Shown: positions 1-13,429 of the stretch, in pieces
How the letters are laid out: the number at the start of each line of letters is the position of its first letter
Numbering within the stretch: the first letter of the stretch is position 1
Assembly: GCA_025786725.1 (NCBI GenBank)
Contig: JAHLTZ010000022.1
Coordinates: forward strand, 248,001 to 312,000
Direction: 5' to 3'
Length of the DNA stretch: 64,000 bases
Source of the DNA: Syncephalis fuscata S228
Lineage: Eukaryota; Fungi; Zoopagomycota
Translations under genes and position numbers: made by a program
Notes under the pieces: generated by a model
Database searches by the model: none
What the model saw: only the letters and a program-made list of their open reading frames with translations
What the model was told of the DNA's origin: nothing

Positions 1-17
1 ATTTATTAACATGCTGT

Positions 18-920
18 CTAACGTATACATGACTGTGAAAGACATTCAATAGAGGTGTAGGGAACAGTATTGGGATCCAGTGATGTATCTCTGTAGATTG
101 AATAGTGAGTTGAGTCTATTAAAAAGTAACTATTATAACTTACTCGGATGGTGTATAAATACGAACTTCTCTAAAATGTGAATCTTTACCATTTTGATGA
201 TTAGCTAATACGGCCAACTGAACAATATGAGCTCGTAACAATGTTTTCTCTCTATCATATTAATGTTATTTACACGGCTATTAAGGCTATTCACGCTATT
301 TTAACTTACTCGTTATTTGTATTGCGTAATGGAATGTTGACCCATCCAACGGGTTTATCAAGACTAATAAGATACATTTCCTATTAAAAGTATAAATACG
401 TTATAATACGATGTAAAATTACTTACTGATAGCTCATTGGGTCCACCACCAGCACGGATGGATATTTTGTGCGGTGTATAACTTTCATCCTCGGCAAATG
501 ATACATAAAATGATAATTGCTAATTATAGTATAGTATAGTATATTAATCACTCATTACTTTAGTATATCTAATAGTGCCACTTACTGCTAGGGTAAGAAG
601 ACGTGGAAATTGCATCGTAATTGTGTGTGGTGCTGGTTGTGGTGCATCCGATCTTATTATGACATGAGTAACCAATATATAATAAACTAACGACTACTAT
701 TACTTACTGCCAAAATGTTTCCAAATCACCGTTACGTACATTTTCTACGCCAAAATTCCGTTTAAAACTAGATACTGACCATAATGCTAGATCACCAACT
801 TCACGTAAACCATCTTCTTGTGGTAGATCTAGTGTTAAGGTTCTATTCAGTATAAATTGACTATGAATTACAGTGTTTTCGCATTAACTTACGCGTTATT
901 GTCACGTTAATTCTCGCCAT
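18..920 (-). CDS. APC10: Anaphase-promoting complex subunit 10 (APC10/Doc1), multi-exon, with apparent single-base indels
   Basis: Manual minus-strand translation: ATG at 920 (MARINVTI), LREVGDLALW, ETFWQ|SDAPQPAPHTITMQF, DESYTPHKISIRAG, PVGWVNI, NHQNGKDSH, and the C-terminal IR tail (SQSCIR*) typical of APC10. Confidence 0.85.
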
Positions 921-1222
921 GACGTATATATTTATATATATCTTTATAGATATAGGTTATCGCTATAAAATAAACAAAAGCCAGGTTCCATGATACAATA
1001 ATTGCTCAACTGACATCTAAATAGTACAACGCTATTTTAATTTAAAGTGGACCGGAATAATCCGGACTGCAAACAAAAAGATAATACAGATTCAAATGTA
1101 CCCTCCCCTTTATACAACACACACCTACTTCCTCTCTTTCTTAAGGGCGTTTCTCTTTCCTCGTCTTTTTTCGTCATTTGCCATCATTCGATCGACTTTC
1201 AATACACGCGTCTACTGTAGTC

Positions 1223-1700
1223 ATGTTGTTGAGCAAAGTTTCATTGGCCGGTAATTCGATGTTGGCATCCTTGCTAAAACCATTTGCAGGTGCATTCGCG
1301 AACGCTGCCGGTTATCGTCGACTAGGTAAGCAGACAGCTGCATAGATGCATACGTGTATCGTATAGATTGCTCTACAGCGCTATTATTATCAATAATACT
1401 AGTAGACTATTTGCTAATCTATACTATATCTATTTGATAGGTCTACGATATGATGATTTATTGATTGAAGAGACGGATGCTGTCCAAGAAGCTATTCGCC
1501 GCTTGCCAGAGGAAGAGCAATTGGCGCGTGCCTATCGATTCCGTCGCGCTTTCCAACTCTCACTGCAGCACAGTGAGTTGCCAAAAGCTGAGTGGACCAA
1601 ACCCGAGGAGGATATTAGATATTTGTCGCCGGTCGTTGAACAAGTAGAGCGCGAATTCGCCGAACGTAAAGCATTCGACTCTATGGTTATCCGCAAATAA
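1223..1700 (+). CDS. QCR7: Cytochrome b-c1 complex subunit 7; exons 1223-1325 and 1441-1700
   Basis: Spliced translation ...FANAAGYRRL|GLRYDDLLIEETDAVQEAIRRLP...RAYRFRRAFQLSLQHSELPKAEWTKPEED...YLSP matches the UCR_14kD family. GT-AG intron 1326-1440. Confidence 0.93.
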
Positions 1701-1930
1701 TAGATGATATTGTAAATTATACTAAATACAGTATCATTTCTACACTATTCTTGTTTGTGGCTAACATCGCCGTCATTATTGCACTTACTGTTATTGTTGT
1801 TGTTGCTCTTCTCCCTTTATACAAATATCATTTAAACACAATCATAAACATGAACAAGTATTTGATTGCACAATATATTTATATTTATATATATAAATGT
1901 TATCTGTATGCATACACTCATATGAATATT

Positions 1931-4900
1931 TTAATGCCATCGTGCCAATGTTTCGATCAACGATACAACTTCTTCTAGACTAGCATTTAGTGGGCGAATA
2001 CCACTTTCTTCCTGATCACTTAATGATAATGAGTCTTCATTGGATAGTATAGATAATTGACTATACTGTTGTTGTTGTTGTTGTTGACTATTAGCCTGCG
2101 ATAACTCGACTCTACCCTCGATGATAGCCAATTGATCTTGCTTTGAAAGATGTAGGAATTGTTCAACTAGATCACCATCAATAACACCATTGGCTTCTTT
2201 TTCTTGTCGTTCATCTTGATAAGATCGCCATCTAGTATAATTGAATTAAATGCTAGGATCAAATTAATGAATTGAATGGTTATACTTACACTGAGTGATC
2301 TATATCACCTGGCATAACAATAAATTGATTGACATTACGTGATAGCTGTTCAAGTAATGTATATTGCTGTTTTGTCAATGGTATGACCATACCAATCATA
2401 CCAGCCACCGTACCAAATAGTTGAACAGAAGGCAAATTAGTTGTATCTGGTAGCCACATCGCCAATGAGCCTATTAGACTATTAGTCAATGGATACTATT
2501 AGATATTGCTGTCAATAGTTACCAGAACAGAACCGATTGATTTGATCTCCTAAATGGAATTCACCAATACCTTCAAGTCGTTCTCGTATCGCTTCATCCG
2601 GTTCATCATTACGATATTTTAATGTATACAAGTTGTAACAACAATCAGCTGCTAACATGACATCATCATTCATCATAGTTAGTGTAGATATCCAGTGAGT
2701 GTCATAATCCTGGGCAAGCACGTCAAATTTCTGTTGATCAGCCACATAGCGTAATAATGCTACACTTCTTAATAAATCGCCGACTGCTACAAAATCACCA
2801 CGTATTGAACAACGCACACAATTTGTTTGTAGACGTTCGTTGGTCACTTGTTTAAGAAGCATTGGCATTTTTATATCGGTGTTATCATTGCTTTGTAGAT
2901 CATAGAGACAAACCTATTAAAAAGCATCACATTAATAGTTATTATTATTATTATTTTTTGTTGTTGTTGTTGTTAATACTTACTCGATTGCTAATACAGG
3001 CTAGTAATAGACCATTAAATGCCGTTAACTGGAATACACCACCTGGTACACGTAATTCGGCCGTTAATACAAGTTTCTTACGATCTTCAATACTGAATAC
3101 AAGTAGACGTCCATCTGTGTGTTCCTCATGCATATCACCGTCATAGGTAATACCCGTGCCAACTACAAAGTAAGCTTGGTTCTGTTGACTGGCAAATTTG
3201 ACTATTGAAATTGTTTCAACTAGTTCAGATTCGTTCATTCTAAATTGATCAAGCACTAAATAAATAATATATAAATTAATTAGTTAGTTATTCATCTATT
3301 TATAGCAATTATTCCATTAAATGTATGTCACTTACTATCAAATGTATGTATATCTAATAAACGGAAATAAGATCGCTCTTCATCCCGTGACTCAACAAAT
3401 GCATTCTCAAGATCCATGGCATCTCTCGGAATAGGATCTGTACGAATAGTAAGTACACCGAGTAGTTCTTCTTCAGCATAGTAGCACAATCGACGTGGCA
3501 TTTCTTTTAAAGGAACACTGCGAATATGTAACTTGCGTATACCATCAACTGCGCCAATCATAATACCATTAGCATTAACAATGGCTAAACAATTTGGATA
3601 TGCCCGCGAATGGAATGAACATAACATTTTTGTTTCCTATACTTTAACATTGGCAAGCATATTCATGGTAATCTAAAGTAATCACCTACCTTTAGATTGA
3701 CACCAGCAAATACCAAACGTTGTCGTTCACTATAAATGATAGCGGGTCTGTCCGATGCTGCAAATACATGTCGAGCACCATCACTCGCTTCAAATGATCC
3801 CAGTATAATAGATCGTGTACCAAGTGTATTCTGTACACGATCAGTAAGCTGACCAGTTTCTGGATGACAGGTCATAGTAATTAACTGTCCATCACCTATC
3901 ATAATATATACATGTTAGTATTAAATACTAAACACTAAATTTCTAGCTATTATAACACGTACCCATACCAACCATGGCATAGAGACGACCATCTAGCCAG
4001 GTTAATAATACAGAACGAGGAGTAATACTTGATGACAAGTGTTCACGGGCTATTTGTTGCCAGTCTGCCAACTTGTATACAAGTAGACTATTGTCAGTCC
4101 ATAGACCAATGGCTAACAAAGCAGCTTGATGCATTGTCTGTTCATCAGTAAACTGTAGACTAAGACAAGCTACTTCATAGCCTAGATCCTTTGTTCTATT
4201 CACCTTTAATCAATATATATATATATATATAACCACTTTAATTGCACTTACTTTATTTCTACTAATGTTTGATCTTTTAGTTCAAAATAGTGTATTAAAC
4301 CACCGGCTAGTGCTACAACCACTTGAGATCGATTGCCACATGCCACGGTAATACGTGGTATGACACTGGTATCAGTACCACCACCACTACTATTGCTTAA
4401 TGAAGGTGTCCATTTAAATACACGTTTGCCCTCGGATAGTGTTAATAATTGGATATCATACGGTGTAACCTATACAGTTATTGTTATTATTAATATCTAT
4501 TATATTGCTATAATCACCTGTATTAATAACTGTCCCTTCATATTGCCTGTATAAAGTGTTGGTTGATCAAATTGATAATCGCCCATTGTATCAAGTTCAG
4601 CCATTTCTTGATCTTCATCAAGCTTTAAAATACGTGTCTCATTCATAAATGAAAGAATCATCATTTCTTCCCATCTTAAATATATACATAAATAGATAAA
4701 TAAATAGATAAATACGACTATTTAAACGTATTACTTACTTCTCCTCCTCTACACTGCATATAGACCATATTCCTGTAATATCTGGCAGATCTAATAGGGC
4801 ATGTTTTGTTAAACCAACACCATTTCTAACTATTCTTAAAGATCCATGTTGGAATCCGCCCGAACAAGTAATTACGCAATCCTGGCATTATTATTGTTAT

Positions 4901-6570
4901 TATTGACCATAATAAATTAGATATGAATGTAACATTAACTACTAGATTACCTGTCCTTGTAACCCTTGTTGAATTGCACACATATCGGTAATAGGGGCAA
5001 TATTTGGATAGTGCTCCATTACTTCAAGAAAATCATCAGGCCCACTAGGCTTTGATTTAATACGTATTAATTGAGAATCACCCAAATGAGATCCAATATA
5101 AATGTATCGATTATCAAGATAGGTCACCGTGGTTGGAATAGATATTTGACCCAATGGTTTTAATTCAAGCTGTTTAACAACTGAATTTTGATCAGATATT
5201 ACAAGCAGCATAAATAGATGTCCATAATGATCACCAAGTAATATTCGAGATCCATTAGCATCAATTAGTCCATAGCTAGCATAGATTTAGATAAATATAA
5301 TGTGTATATACTATAATGACTGTATTTACCATTGTATATTGGAAGGTACACGTTCTGTACTATCAATATGTTGATTATTGTCATTGGCATAGGTAATTTT
5401 CGTCATACCCAGAATTAATACACCACCTATATATATACATATATATAATACATTATAGTACATTGTATTAGTTGTTAATGTAATAGCTATAACTATGGTA
5501 TTGATACTGACCCATAGGCAATGGAACTGGAACAAGTAGTGTGGCACCAGGATCGACATTACCACATGACCATGGACCGGCAACTAATTCTTGTTCTCCC
5601 ATATTGATACGGTATGTTTTAAGATGTCGTGAAAAGTGAGCATCTTGATAGAGTACGGCTAGTAGTGGCTGATCACTCTCTGTATGAAGAAATGCTATAT
5701 CAACAACAAGCAATTCTTCCAAACTAATAAACGTGTGTGTATAAAAGTGTGTGTGTGTGTGTGTGTGTGTATTAGTTAATTTCATAATATTTAAATCATT
5801 TATATAATAAATACCTTATATTGCAAGCCTCGCCTAATAATTGATTTGAATGATCTAATAATAATGTTATTATTAATATTGATATAGTTAATTTACTAAT
5901 TATAAAGTAGTTATATTATAATTAGCCTTTTATTTCTTACCTTTTTTCTTATCCTCGTCTATAGACATATCATTTAAGGTCATTGATGCAACACTTGTTG
6001 TTTTAATAGATGCATCTTGATGGATTGGTGTTATATTGATCATGCCTTGATACAATAGACTGGCTATAACTCGGCCAGTTGGATCAATTAAAATACGCTG
6101 TCCTTGTTCAACTGGTCGACCAACTCGTTCACGTAGACTGCCATGAATAATGGTGGCCACTTTCTGCTCTACCGGGTCATAGGCCAGTACGCCTATTTGA
6201 TATTTCTCCGTTGTAAATAGTAATAGTTCCGTATCATAGTTCTAATAAACATAATAGTCATGTGGTTATTAGTGACGCTCCAATCACCTAATTCATAACT
6301 AACTTTGGCCCGGAATAGATTAAGTGAAGCCAGTCGGCCATAAATGCTAAAGTCAAGTCGTGAAGTCAATCCGTCTGCTGTAAGTTGGTAGACTTCAATG
6401 CGCGTAGTTCGTCTATATACTATAGTTAGAATTCAACAGTACATACGACACTGACAATAGTGGCATTACCCAATAATCAAGTTAGTGTCATGAGGTCCAG
6501 TAAAGTTACCCCGTACTGAAAACAAAGTAGTTGTGGCCGGCTGTGCGGTCACTACGTAGTTATACGCCAT
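1931..6570 (-). CDS. DDB1: DNA damage-binding protein 1 (CUL4 adaptor, three beta-propellers), many introns
   Basis: Start MAYNYVVTAQ at 6570. Exon ORFs carry DDB1 motifs: YLDNRYIYIGSHLGDSQL, NIAPITDM, VFAASDRPAIIYS, KLHIRSVPLKEMPRR, GDFVAVGDLLRSV, GEFHLGDQINRF; ends LIETLARWH*. Confidence 0.93.
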
Positions 6571-7267
6571 AAAGATTGAATAAAAGAGAAACGATACAAG
6601 TAGAGAGTAGAGTAGAGTAGAGAAATTTAATAAGATAGACAGAAATAATTAATGGGCCATATAATATATACAGGATGATGCAACGCTAACTAATTGCCAA
6701 TTAGCACTCATTTAGAATAATGTTGTAATAAATTTTATATAATAAAGCATTGACCACTTTACACGAATACCAACAACAGTAACATTAATACACTGTAACA
6801 ACCAATCATTCAAACATATATACTTTAATGAATAGCATCAGTATTATTATTACCACTACTCATATGACTATTGATAGCATAGTCAAAGCAAGTGTATAAA
6901 GTTACCAATCATTGTAATGGATACAGGGAAGAAGAAAGCGCAAAATGTCGACAACTGGTCTTTTCCCAAAGAATAGAGGAAAAACGGAATGAATAGACGC
7001 ACAAAGAAAAAGACCAGAAAAAGAAACTAAGCAGGTAAGCTTAACAAATGGATAAGAAAGAAGCAAACGTCAAATATCGGTGTTGGTGTCATTATACGCA
7101 AGTAGAGTAATAAAGACAATGACTAAATCATTGTCTATAATCTACTATTGCGTATGCCACACTAGTCAGAATGTTTCATGACTATAGTTCGTTAATAAGT
7201 ATAAGTTTGTAAATGTATGAAATGTGATGACTAGAATGTACTACACACACACACACACGACAACTAC

Positions 7268-9628
7268 TTATGATAGATCGCTTTCTAATGGCAATACCCC
7301 CGGCTGGCTGATTACTACGCCAGGATAGAGAATATCGCACTCGCGTATACAGGCTCGACTAACGCCGGAACAACCATTAACGCTTAGCCAGCGGAGTCGT
7401 GGCAGACGGTTAGCAGCATCACGTACTGTAACATTGGAAACGCCGTTACAATAAGCTACACCCAAAATACGTAGATTGGTACAGCCATCAATGATGGAGG
7501 CAATACCTGCATCGGCAATGCCGTTACAGCAAGTAAGATCAAGACTACGTAGTTGAGGACAGTTACGAGCAATTTCAGCACATCCAAAATCAGATACCTG
7601 TGCATTCCATGCCACCGATAGTCTTAATAAACGTGGACAATGTTTAGCAATCTTAGAAATGACAATATCAGTACGGCCACCGCCTGCCAAATTCAAATAC
7701 GTAAGATTTGCTAAAAGTGGCGCCATTCGTTGAAGATCATAGTTGCGCGCACCTTTACAGAAGCCTAGATCAAGTTCTCGTAGCGAGCCTTGTAAATAAG
7801 GAGCAGCACGAGTTAGTTGATGCGATAGGTCAGGTGCACATCGGTGCTGTTCATCCATAGAGGCCAAATCTAAGCGTTGTACTAATTGAGCATAGGCATT
7901 GGGCTTTCTATCGCTATTATCATTGCTGTTGGATCGTGTTAAAGCAATGGCCAGCGTTGAATTGGTATCGTCACTTGACTTTGATGCAGATTCTTCGTTG
8001 GAAATGGTATTGACCAAACGTTTAAATGCTGCCAATGTATTAAGTGGTGGGGATCGATAGAGCGCATAAGATGTTAGCATGTGCCAGCGACGTGATACTT
8101 GCACACAGTGGTGAAGCGATGTATTGGGCAAATAGCTTAAAATGACCAGCATCACTTCTACCGGACAACGATCAATAGGTGCCAATGAGCTAATAAAAGC
8201 AGCTTCGTCGTTTTCTACTGTCGTTGGCTGTGTACAAGCATTTGCCGTCTTAACCAATAGTGCTGTTTCATTCAATTCATTTGTTGCTACTTGATTCATT
8301 TGACCATTCACGATAGAAATCATTGCAGGTGGCATACTAATCGGCTCAACCTGCGCCAATACCGACTTGCCTTTTTCCTTCAAGTCATTCATCGCTGGAC
8401 TGCTGCCATTTGATTGAAGCCCATTTTCACGTGTTAACATCTCGCGTGCAGCGACCGATGCCGATATAGCATGAGCCAGTAGATCCTGGCTCGAATGGAA
8501 CGCGTTGTATGCTGGAGACAATGCCGGTGAATGGGCAGGTGAAAAGCTAAATGATGAAAATGTTTGCGAACTATTACTAAGTGTCGATTTGTGTCGGGGA
8601 CGGGTGGGTGCAGAAGGCGATGCCAGCATGCCTCCTGCTAGTGGCGTACGAGGTGTTGCGCTACCACTTTGAAAGAATGCCGATTGGGGCGTACCATGAC
8701 CGCCAAAATCCAATGCATAATAGGTGGGTGATGGGCAGATTGGATGACGATAGGTTGGCATTTGTTCTGTTTCGTTAATGTTCAATGGATTCGGTGCAAA
8801 GTTAACGGTTGCTGTCAATGGATTCGCAGATGTTGCTGACATGTCCATTACGCTGTTGGATCGGGTACTAGTGCTCACCAGTCCAGCTGTCTGAGGCTGC
8901 ATAATAGGTGATCGGCGCAAGAACTGTGTATTGATAGTTGGTGGCAATACACCGTTATTTTGGCCGCGGTGGCGAGCTGAAGTAATGCCGGTTGATTCGT
9001 ATTTGCGTCCATGTTTGTGTCCACATTCGTGTTCGTTTATACTACCTTGTTTTTGAGATGATGTTGAATCTTCTATATCAGGTTTAGTCTCCAAACTGTG
9101 TTGACTGTTAGATGATGGATTTCTGGTTAATCGAGGTGTCATTTCTCGATCATCGATTGTGTTACTGCGTATAGATGACCTTACTGAGTTAGATCCTGTT
9201 GTTGTTGTGTTGCTGTTGCTGCTGCTGCTACCCACACAAGAAGTAATCATGTCATCTTGCGCATGAATAGGTAATGTGTTTGATTCATTAGATGACGATA
9301 GCGTTGATATACTAGATCCTACACCGTTACTATTCACTGGTGTGGATGATGTAGTGGCAATATGACCATTGCTACCGGTAGCAACTGCCGATGTGGTGGC
9401 ATTTGATCCCGTTGACGTTGAAGAAGAAGAAGGTGCATTGTCAAGTTCAAAATCATCCTTGGTTTTCCTACGACGAGATACTTTTCGTTCAAGGTCCAGT
9501 GTGATATCTGGCTGTCGGATATTCTTTCTTGATGCAAGAGAAGCAGGAGACGCCGAATTGGATATGTATCCGGTATTGCTACTGGATGCCGACGTGTGTA
9601 CGACGGTGCCTGTTCCTCGTGAATCCAT
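7268..9628 (-). CDS. F-box / leucine-rich repeat (RNI-like) protein with a long Ser/Thr-rich N-terminus
   Basis: F-box IDRCPVEVMLVILSYL...CVQVSRRW followed by Cys-containing LRRs (LRELDLGFC, LRSLDLTCCNGIAD). Likely start MDSRGTG at 9628; the upstream part of the ORF looks like UTR or intron. Confidence 0.85.
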   Translation of the reverse strand: MDSRGTGTVVHTSASSSNTGYISNSASPASLASRKNIRQPDITLDLERKVSRRRKTKDDFELDNAPSSSSTSTGSNATTSAVATGSNGHIATTSSTPVNSNGVGSSISTLSSSNESNTLPIHAQDDMITSCVGSSSSNSNTTTTGSNSVRSSIRSNTIDDREMTPRLTRNPSSNSQHSLETKPDIEDSTSSQKQGSINEHECGHKHGRKYESTGITSARHRGQNNGVLPPTINTQFLRRSPIMQPQTAGLVSTSTRSNSVMDMSATSANPLTATVNFAPNPLNINETEQMPTYRHPICPSPTYYALDFGGHGTPQSAFFQSGSATPRTPLAGGMLASPSAPTRPRHKSTLSNSSQTFSSFSFSPAHSPALSPAYNAFHSSQDLLAHAISASVAAREMLTRENGLQSNGSSPAMNDLKEKGKSVLAQVEPISMPPAMISIVNGQMNQVATNELNETALLVKTANACTQPTTVENDEAAFISSLAPIDRCPVEVMLVILSYLPNTSLHHCVQVSRRWHMLTSYALYRSPPLNTLAAFKRLVNTISNEESASKSSDDTNSTLAIALTRSNSNDNSDRKPNAYAQLVQRLDLASMDEQHRCAPDLSHQLTRAAPYLQGSLRELDLGFCKGARNYDLQRMAPLLANLTYLNLAGGGRTDIVISKIAKHCPRLLRLSVAWNAQVSDFGCAEIARNCPQLRSLDLTCCNGIADAGIASIIDGCTNLRILGVAYCNGVSNVTVRDAANRLPRLRWLSVNGCSGVSRACIRECDILYPGVVISQPGVLPLESDLS

Positions 9629-10379
9629 AGTAAAAATGTTATACTGATTGGTGATAATGGCGATATAGGTGACGTTAATAACTCTATGCGTATGTAAATA
9701 AACGACGTAGCACAAGGGAAGCGTTAGATTTGAGGTTAAGGAATAGCAATGATATGCGAGACGAACTGTATGCAAAATAAGGAAAATGGGATTTAAAAAG
9801 CAACGAAGCGATCTTATAAATATAAGACGGGTAATAGCTGCATCACAGATCAAAACAATGTGTAGGACTACGTCCATAAATACAATCATAAATAAACAAG
9901 AAAACTTGAATTGTGTATCAGGTCGGGGTAGGCATGTATAACTCGATAGTAACACGCCACCCAAACATAATACAAATGTGATACATTTGTCACATGTCCG
10001 CACCATTATAATGTAGGAGCCGTGTCGTGGCGACTACTCGAGTCATTGAAACAACACAATGATATACATAGACGTATGCTCATTGGTAGATGGCTATTTG
10101 TTACAGTTTAAAGCATTATATTGCATTAGTGGAAATTCACCCCATGATTGCAATGACAGGTACACCACAAAACATACACGAAAAGGCCAAGTGGCCTGTT
10201 AAATCAGTCCTGATGCTCATTAAAATGCAGGTACGATGTAGCAAGTGGCTAAATTCTATATCCATACAACTGACTTACAAGCTACAAGCCTATATTATGA
10301 CGGCAATAGTAATAACACAGTAATAGTAGCACCGCCAATATAAATGCCTATCCAACAGGCATAATTAGTAATATTCTTT

Positions 10380-10467
10380 GCTAGTATAGCTGCCTATACC
10401 TTGAACACGCCTATACTTTATTGGCCTTACTATAGACGGCGTTCAAGGAATAGGCAGCTATACTAGC
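10380..10467. repeat. Long inverted repeat / hairpin (27-bp arms, 1 mismatch)
   Basis: GCTAGTATAGCTGCCTATACCTTGAAC (10380-10406) pairs with GTTCAAGGAATAGGCAGCTATACTAGC (10441-10467). Confidence 0.9.
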
Positions 10468-12170
10468 CATGAACATTCCCAATCAGCTAGCAACGTCTAT
10501 TTGGTAGGAATTCATATAGATGATGGCAATTCCACTGTATGCAATCCACAATATATGCATTACCAACTCTACTATTACCTACCTTGCTATAGCCAAGCTA
10601 CACTAGAGGGACCAGTACCTAAATAGCGAGCAACGGAAAACAACAAGGGCAATGAACGCTAACTGAAGTTGGCAATAAACGGAATTCAAGGTGAGAGAGC
10701 GAGCAAACAAACAGCAACAAGTAAGGACGCCGTAAAGAAGAATAAGCGCCGAGTCAGTAAGGAGAATTGAGAAAAGAAAAGACTGGACCAAAAATGAATG
10801 AAGACCAGAAGACAGCTATAAAGGAGTGTCGTGTGACCACACTAACAAGTAGAAAGAAGAGAAGGCGGTGTGGACGAGTGTGGTGTTGTTCTTATTATTG
10901 TTGTTGTTACTATTGTTGTTACTATTGTTGTTAACGGAAGAAAAGGGAACTGCAGTGGGTGCGCATATATCCACGGCGGATTATCTTTTAAAAGGAGACG
11001 AAAGCTGCGTTGAAAAACGCGTCACTGGTCGGATACCAAGACAAGGTCAGCACAAACACAAAGATACGAACGAGGAGGAAATAGACGGTGGGTGAGCAAA
11101 CGAACGAGCAAACGAGCAAACGAGTCAACGAGCAATTAAGAGAAGAAATAAGAAAAATAGGACAGCCTTGGTGACGGCTGAATATGTATGCATATATCAG
11201 TCTGGGAAAGTAAAATAAGCGGAGATTGGCCATCACACACACACACACAGATATCCATGTGCTCGCACATAATATTAACACACACACACACACATGTTAG
11301 ACTGCAAAAGAAGAGACGCTGATCCATAAAGCAGAGTCGGAGTCATTAGTGATGTGTCGGTCTTTGCTTATTTTGGCCTGTTAAGCAAACAGTTGCCGGC
11401 CTAGCACGCACACACCTACAAATGGATTTGGTGCACTATAGTTGGCTAGCTGTAAATCTTTTAATGGTTCCCCTATTCTAATAAACCTGCTATGTGTTTG
11501 AGAAAATAAAGGAGAGCACTGATACTTCAATGCATAGACTGCACATAGATGCACTACAGTTACAGCCTAGAGTGCCGTGATCGTCATCGCAGTCGATAGA
11601 AGTGTTGTTGTTTAACAACAACGTATTATTAGTGGAAATAAACAGAGTTTAGCTTCTATAACCGCCATGTGTTCTCCTAATGCCCCAGTTTATTGTTCTT
11701 TGTTTTCTGAAGCTTTAAACAAGGTTTCAATCTATTTGTATGGTTCCATTGTAGCCGATAGCGTTTTGTGTTTTGTTTATGTGCCATATGGCACTAAAGC
11801 TTTATTGCCAATTTCAAATCAATTTCCATTATTATTATAAGGGTTATTTCAGCACTCAATACGTACAGTGCTAATTATAACTATGCTAATAAATTGGTTA
11901 GTTTATTAATTAGCAAATGTGTAATACCTATCAGTATTACAGTGATTGGCTGTTTATTGGTGGAAATCCGGTACAGACAGAATGAACGGACCTCGGCATA
12001 CGCGGTAGACTTACTTGCCGACATTATAGGCATTTCTTGCTCTACGTCAGTTTACTCATAGTCGGTACCTTCACCGCTACCACTGCTACCTGTATTCTTC
12101 TTTCCGTTTCTGCTACTTCTGCCCTGTTGACACTTTACGCTAGTTTATACGCACTAAGAATCTACTTATT

Positions 12171-13429
12171 ATGAAGGCCATTTATTTGGAAAAGTTGGTG
12201 GAATCTATTGACGAGTTGCAGGTACGCGACGCACCTGAGCCCGTGCTAAAAGACAATCAGGTATTGGTACAAGTACATGCAGTGGGGGCCAATTTATTTG
12301 ATATTCTTATGGTAAGTAGATAGTTACGTTTAATACACGTCAATAAGCTAATGACCTCAATTACGCTGTAGGTACAAGGAAAGTATCAAATTAAGCCACC
12401 TCTACCATTTGCGCCGGGAAGTGAAGTAAGTAGGATAACAGTGATAGTATACAGTAGACAATAGCACTTTATTCTCAACTTGTATTAATCTGCCACAACT
12501 AACTTTATTGCTAGTTTGCTGGGGTAGTATTGAAAGTTAGCGGCAACGCGGGCAACTTAAAACCAGGTGACCGCGTATTTGGCGCTGCTCCTTATGGATG
12601 CTATGCTGAGCGGGTAGCTGTTGATGCTTTTCGATGCCTTCCCATTCCGCAAAATCTTTCCTACGAAGAGGCGTGCGGTTTGTATATCACCTGGCCAACA
12701 AGTTATGCTGCTTTGAAACTACGTGCCAATTTGCAGCCAGGTAAGTACATATAATAGTTAGTATTTTATGGCTATTAACGTGTTGTGCTAGGTGAAATTT
12801 GTTTAATTCACGCTGCGGCTGGTGGTGTTGGTTTAGCGGCTGTTCAGTTGGCCAAGGTAGGCTTTAGCAATGCTTTATCATCTATTTAATACTAATAGAT
12901 CTGTTATGTTTAGGCTATGGGCGCAACAGTGATTGCTACGGTTGGCTCCGAAGAAAAAATGAGAATTGCGCGTGAAAACGGCGCCGACTTTGTTGTCAAT
13001 TATCGCGATGAAGACTGGCCCAAGCGTGTACGTGCACTTACACCCAAAGGTCGTGGTGTTGATGTGGTCTACGACCCGGTCGGTATGCTAAATGCCTCGC
13101 TTGGCTGTGTTGCTTGGTCGGCCCGTCTAGTGGTCATTGGATTTGCGGCTGGAAAAATCGAGCAAATAGCCGCTAACCGTATTCTTTTGAAAAATGTCTC
13201 TATCATCGGTCTTTTCTGGGGCGCTCACGAATTGCACGAGCCAAAGGTATTTGTTGGCATTTGGAAGAATATACTGGCCATTTTAAACGAGGGAAAAGCA
13301 CGCCCCGTGGTGTATAGCGAACGATTTATTGGATTAGAGTCTACTACGGCTGCATTGGCGGCCATTGCTAGTCGACGCTCCTACGGCAAGGTAGTCGTGT
13401 CACTGCCAACCGATCAAAGCCGATTGTAA
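12171..13429 (+). CDS. NADPH:quinone oxidoreductase (zeta-crystallin / MDR family), 5 exons
   Basis: MKAIYLEK...VQVHAVGANLFDILM|VQGKYQIKPPLPFAPGSE..., nucleotide-binding HAAAGGVG, GVDVVYDPVG, GKVVV. Confidence 0.9.

Noticed and set aside
9629-10006. N-terminal extension of the 912-aa ORF (and likewise 14376-14636 of the 500-aa ORF)
   Set aside because: The composition looks like translated UTR or intron; better starts exist at 9628 and at the signal-peptide ATG 14637.
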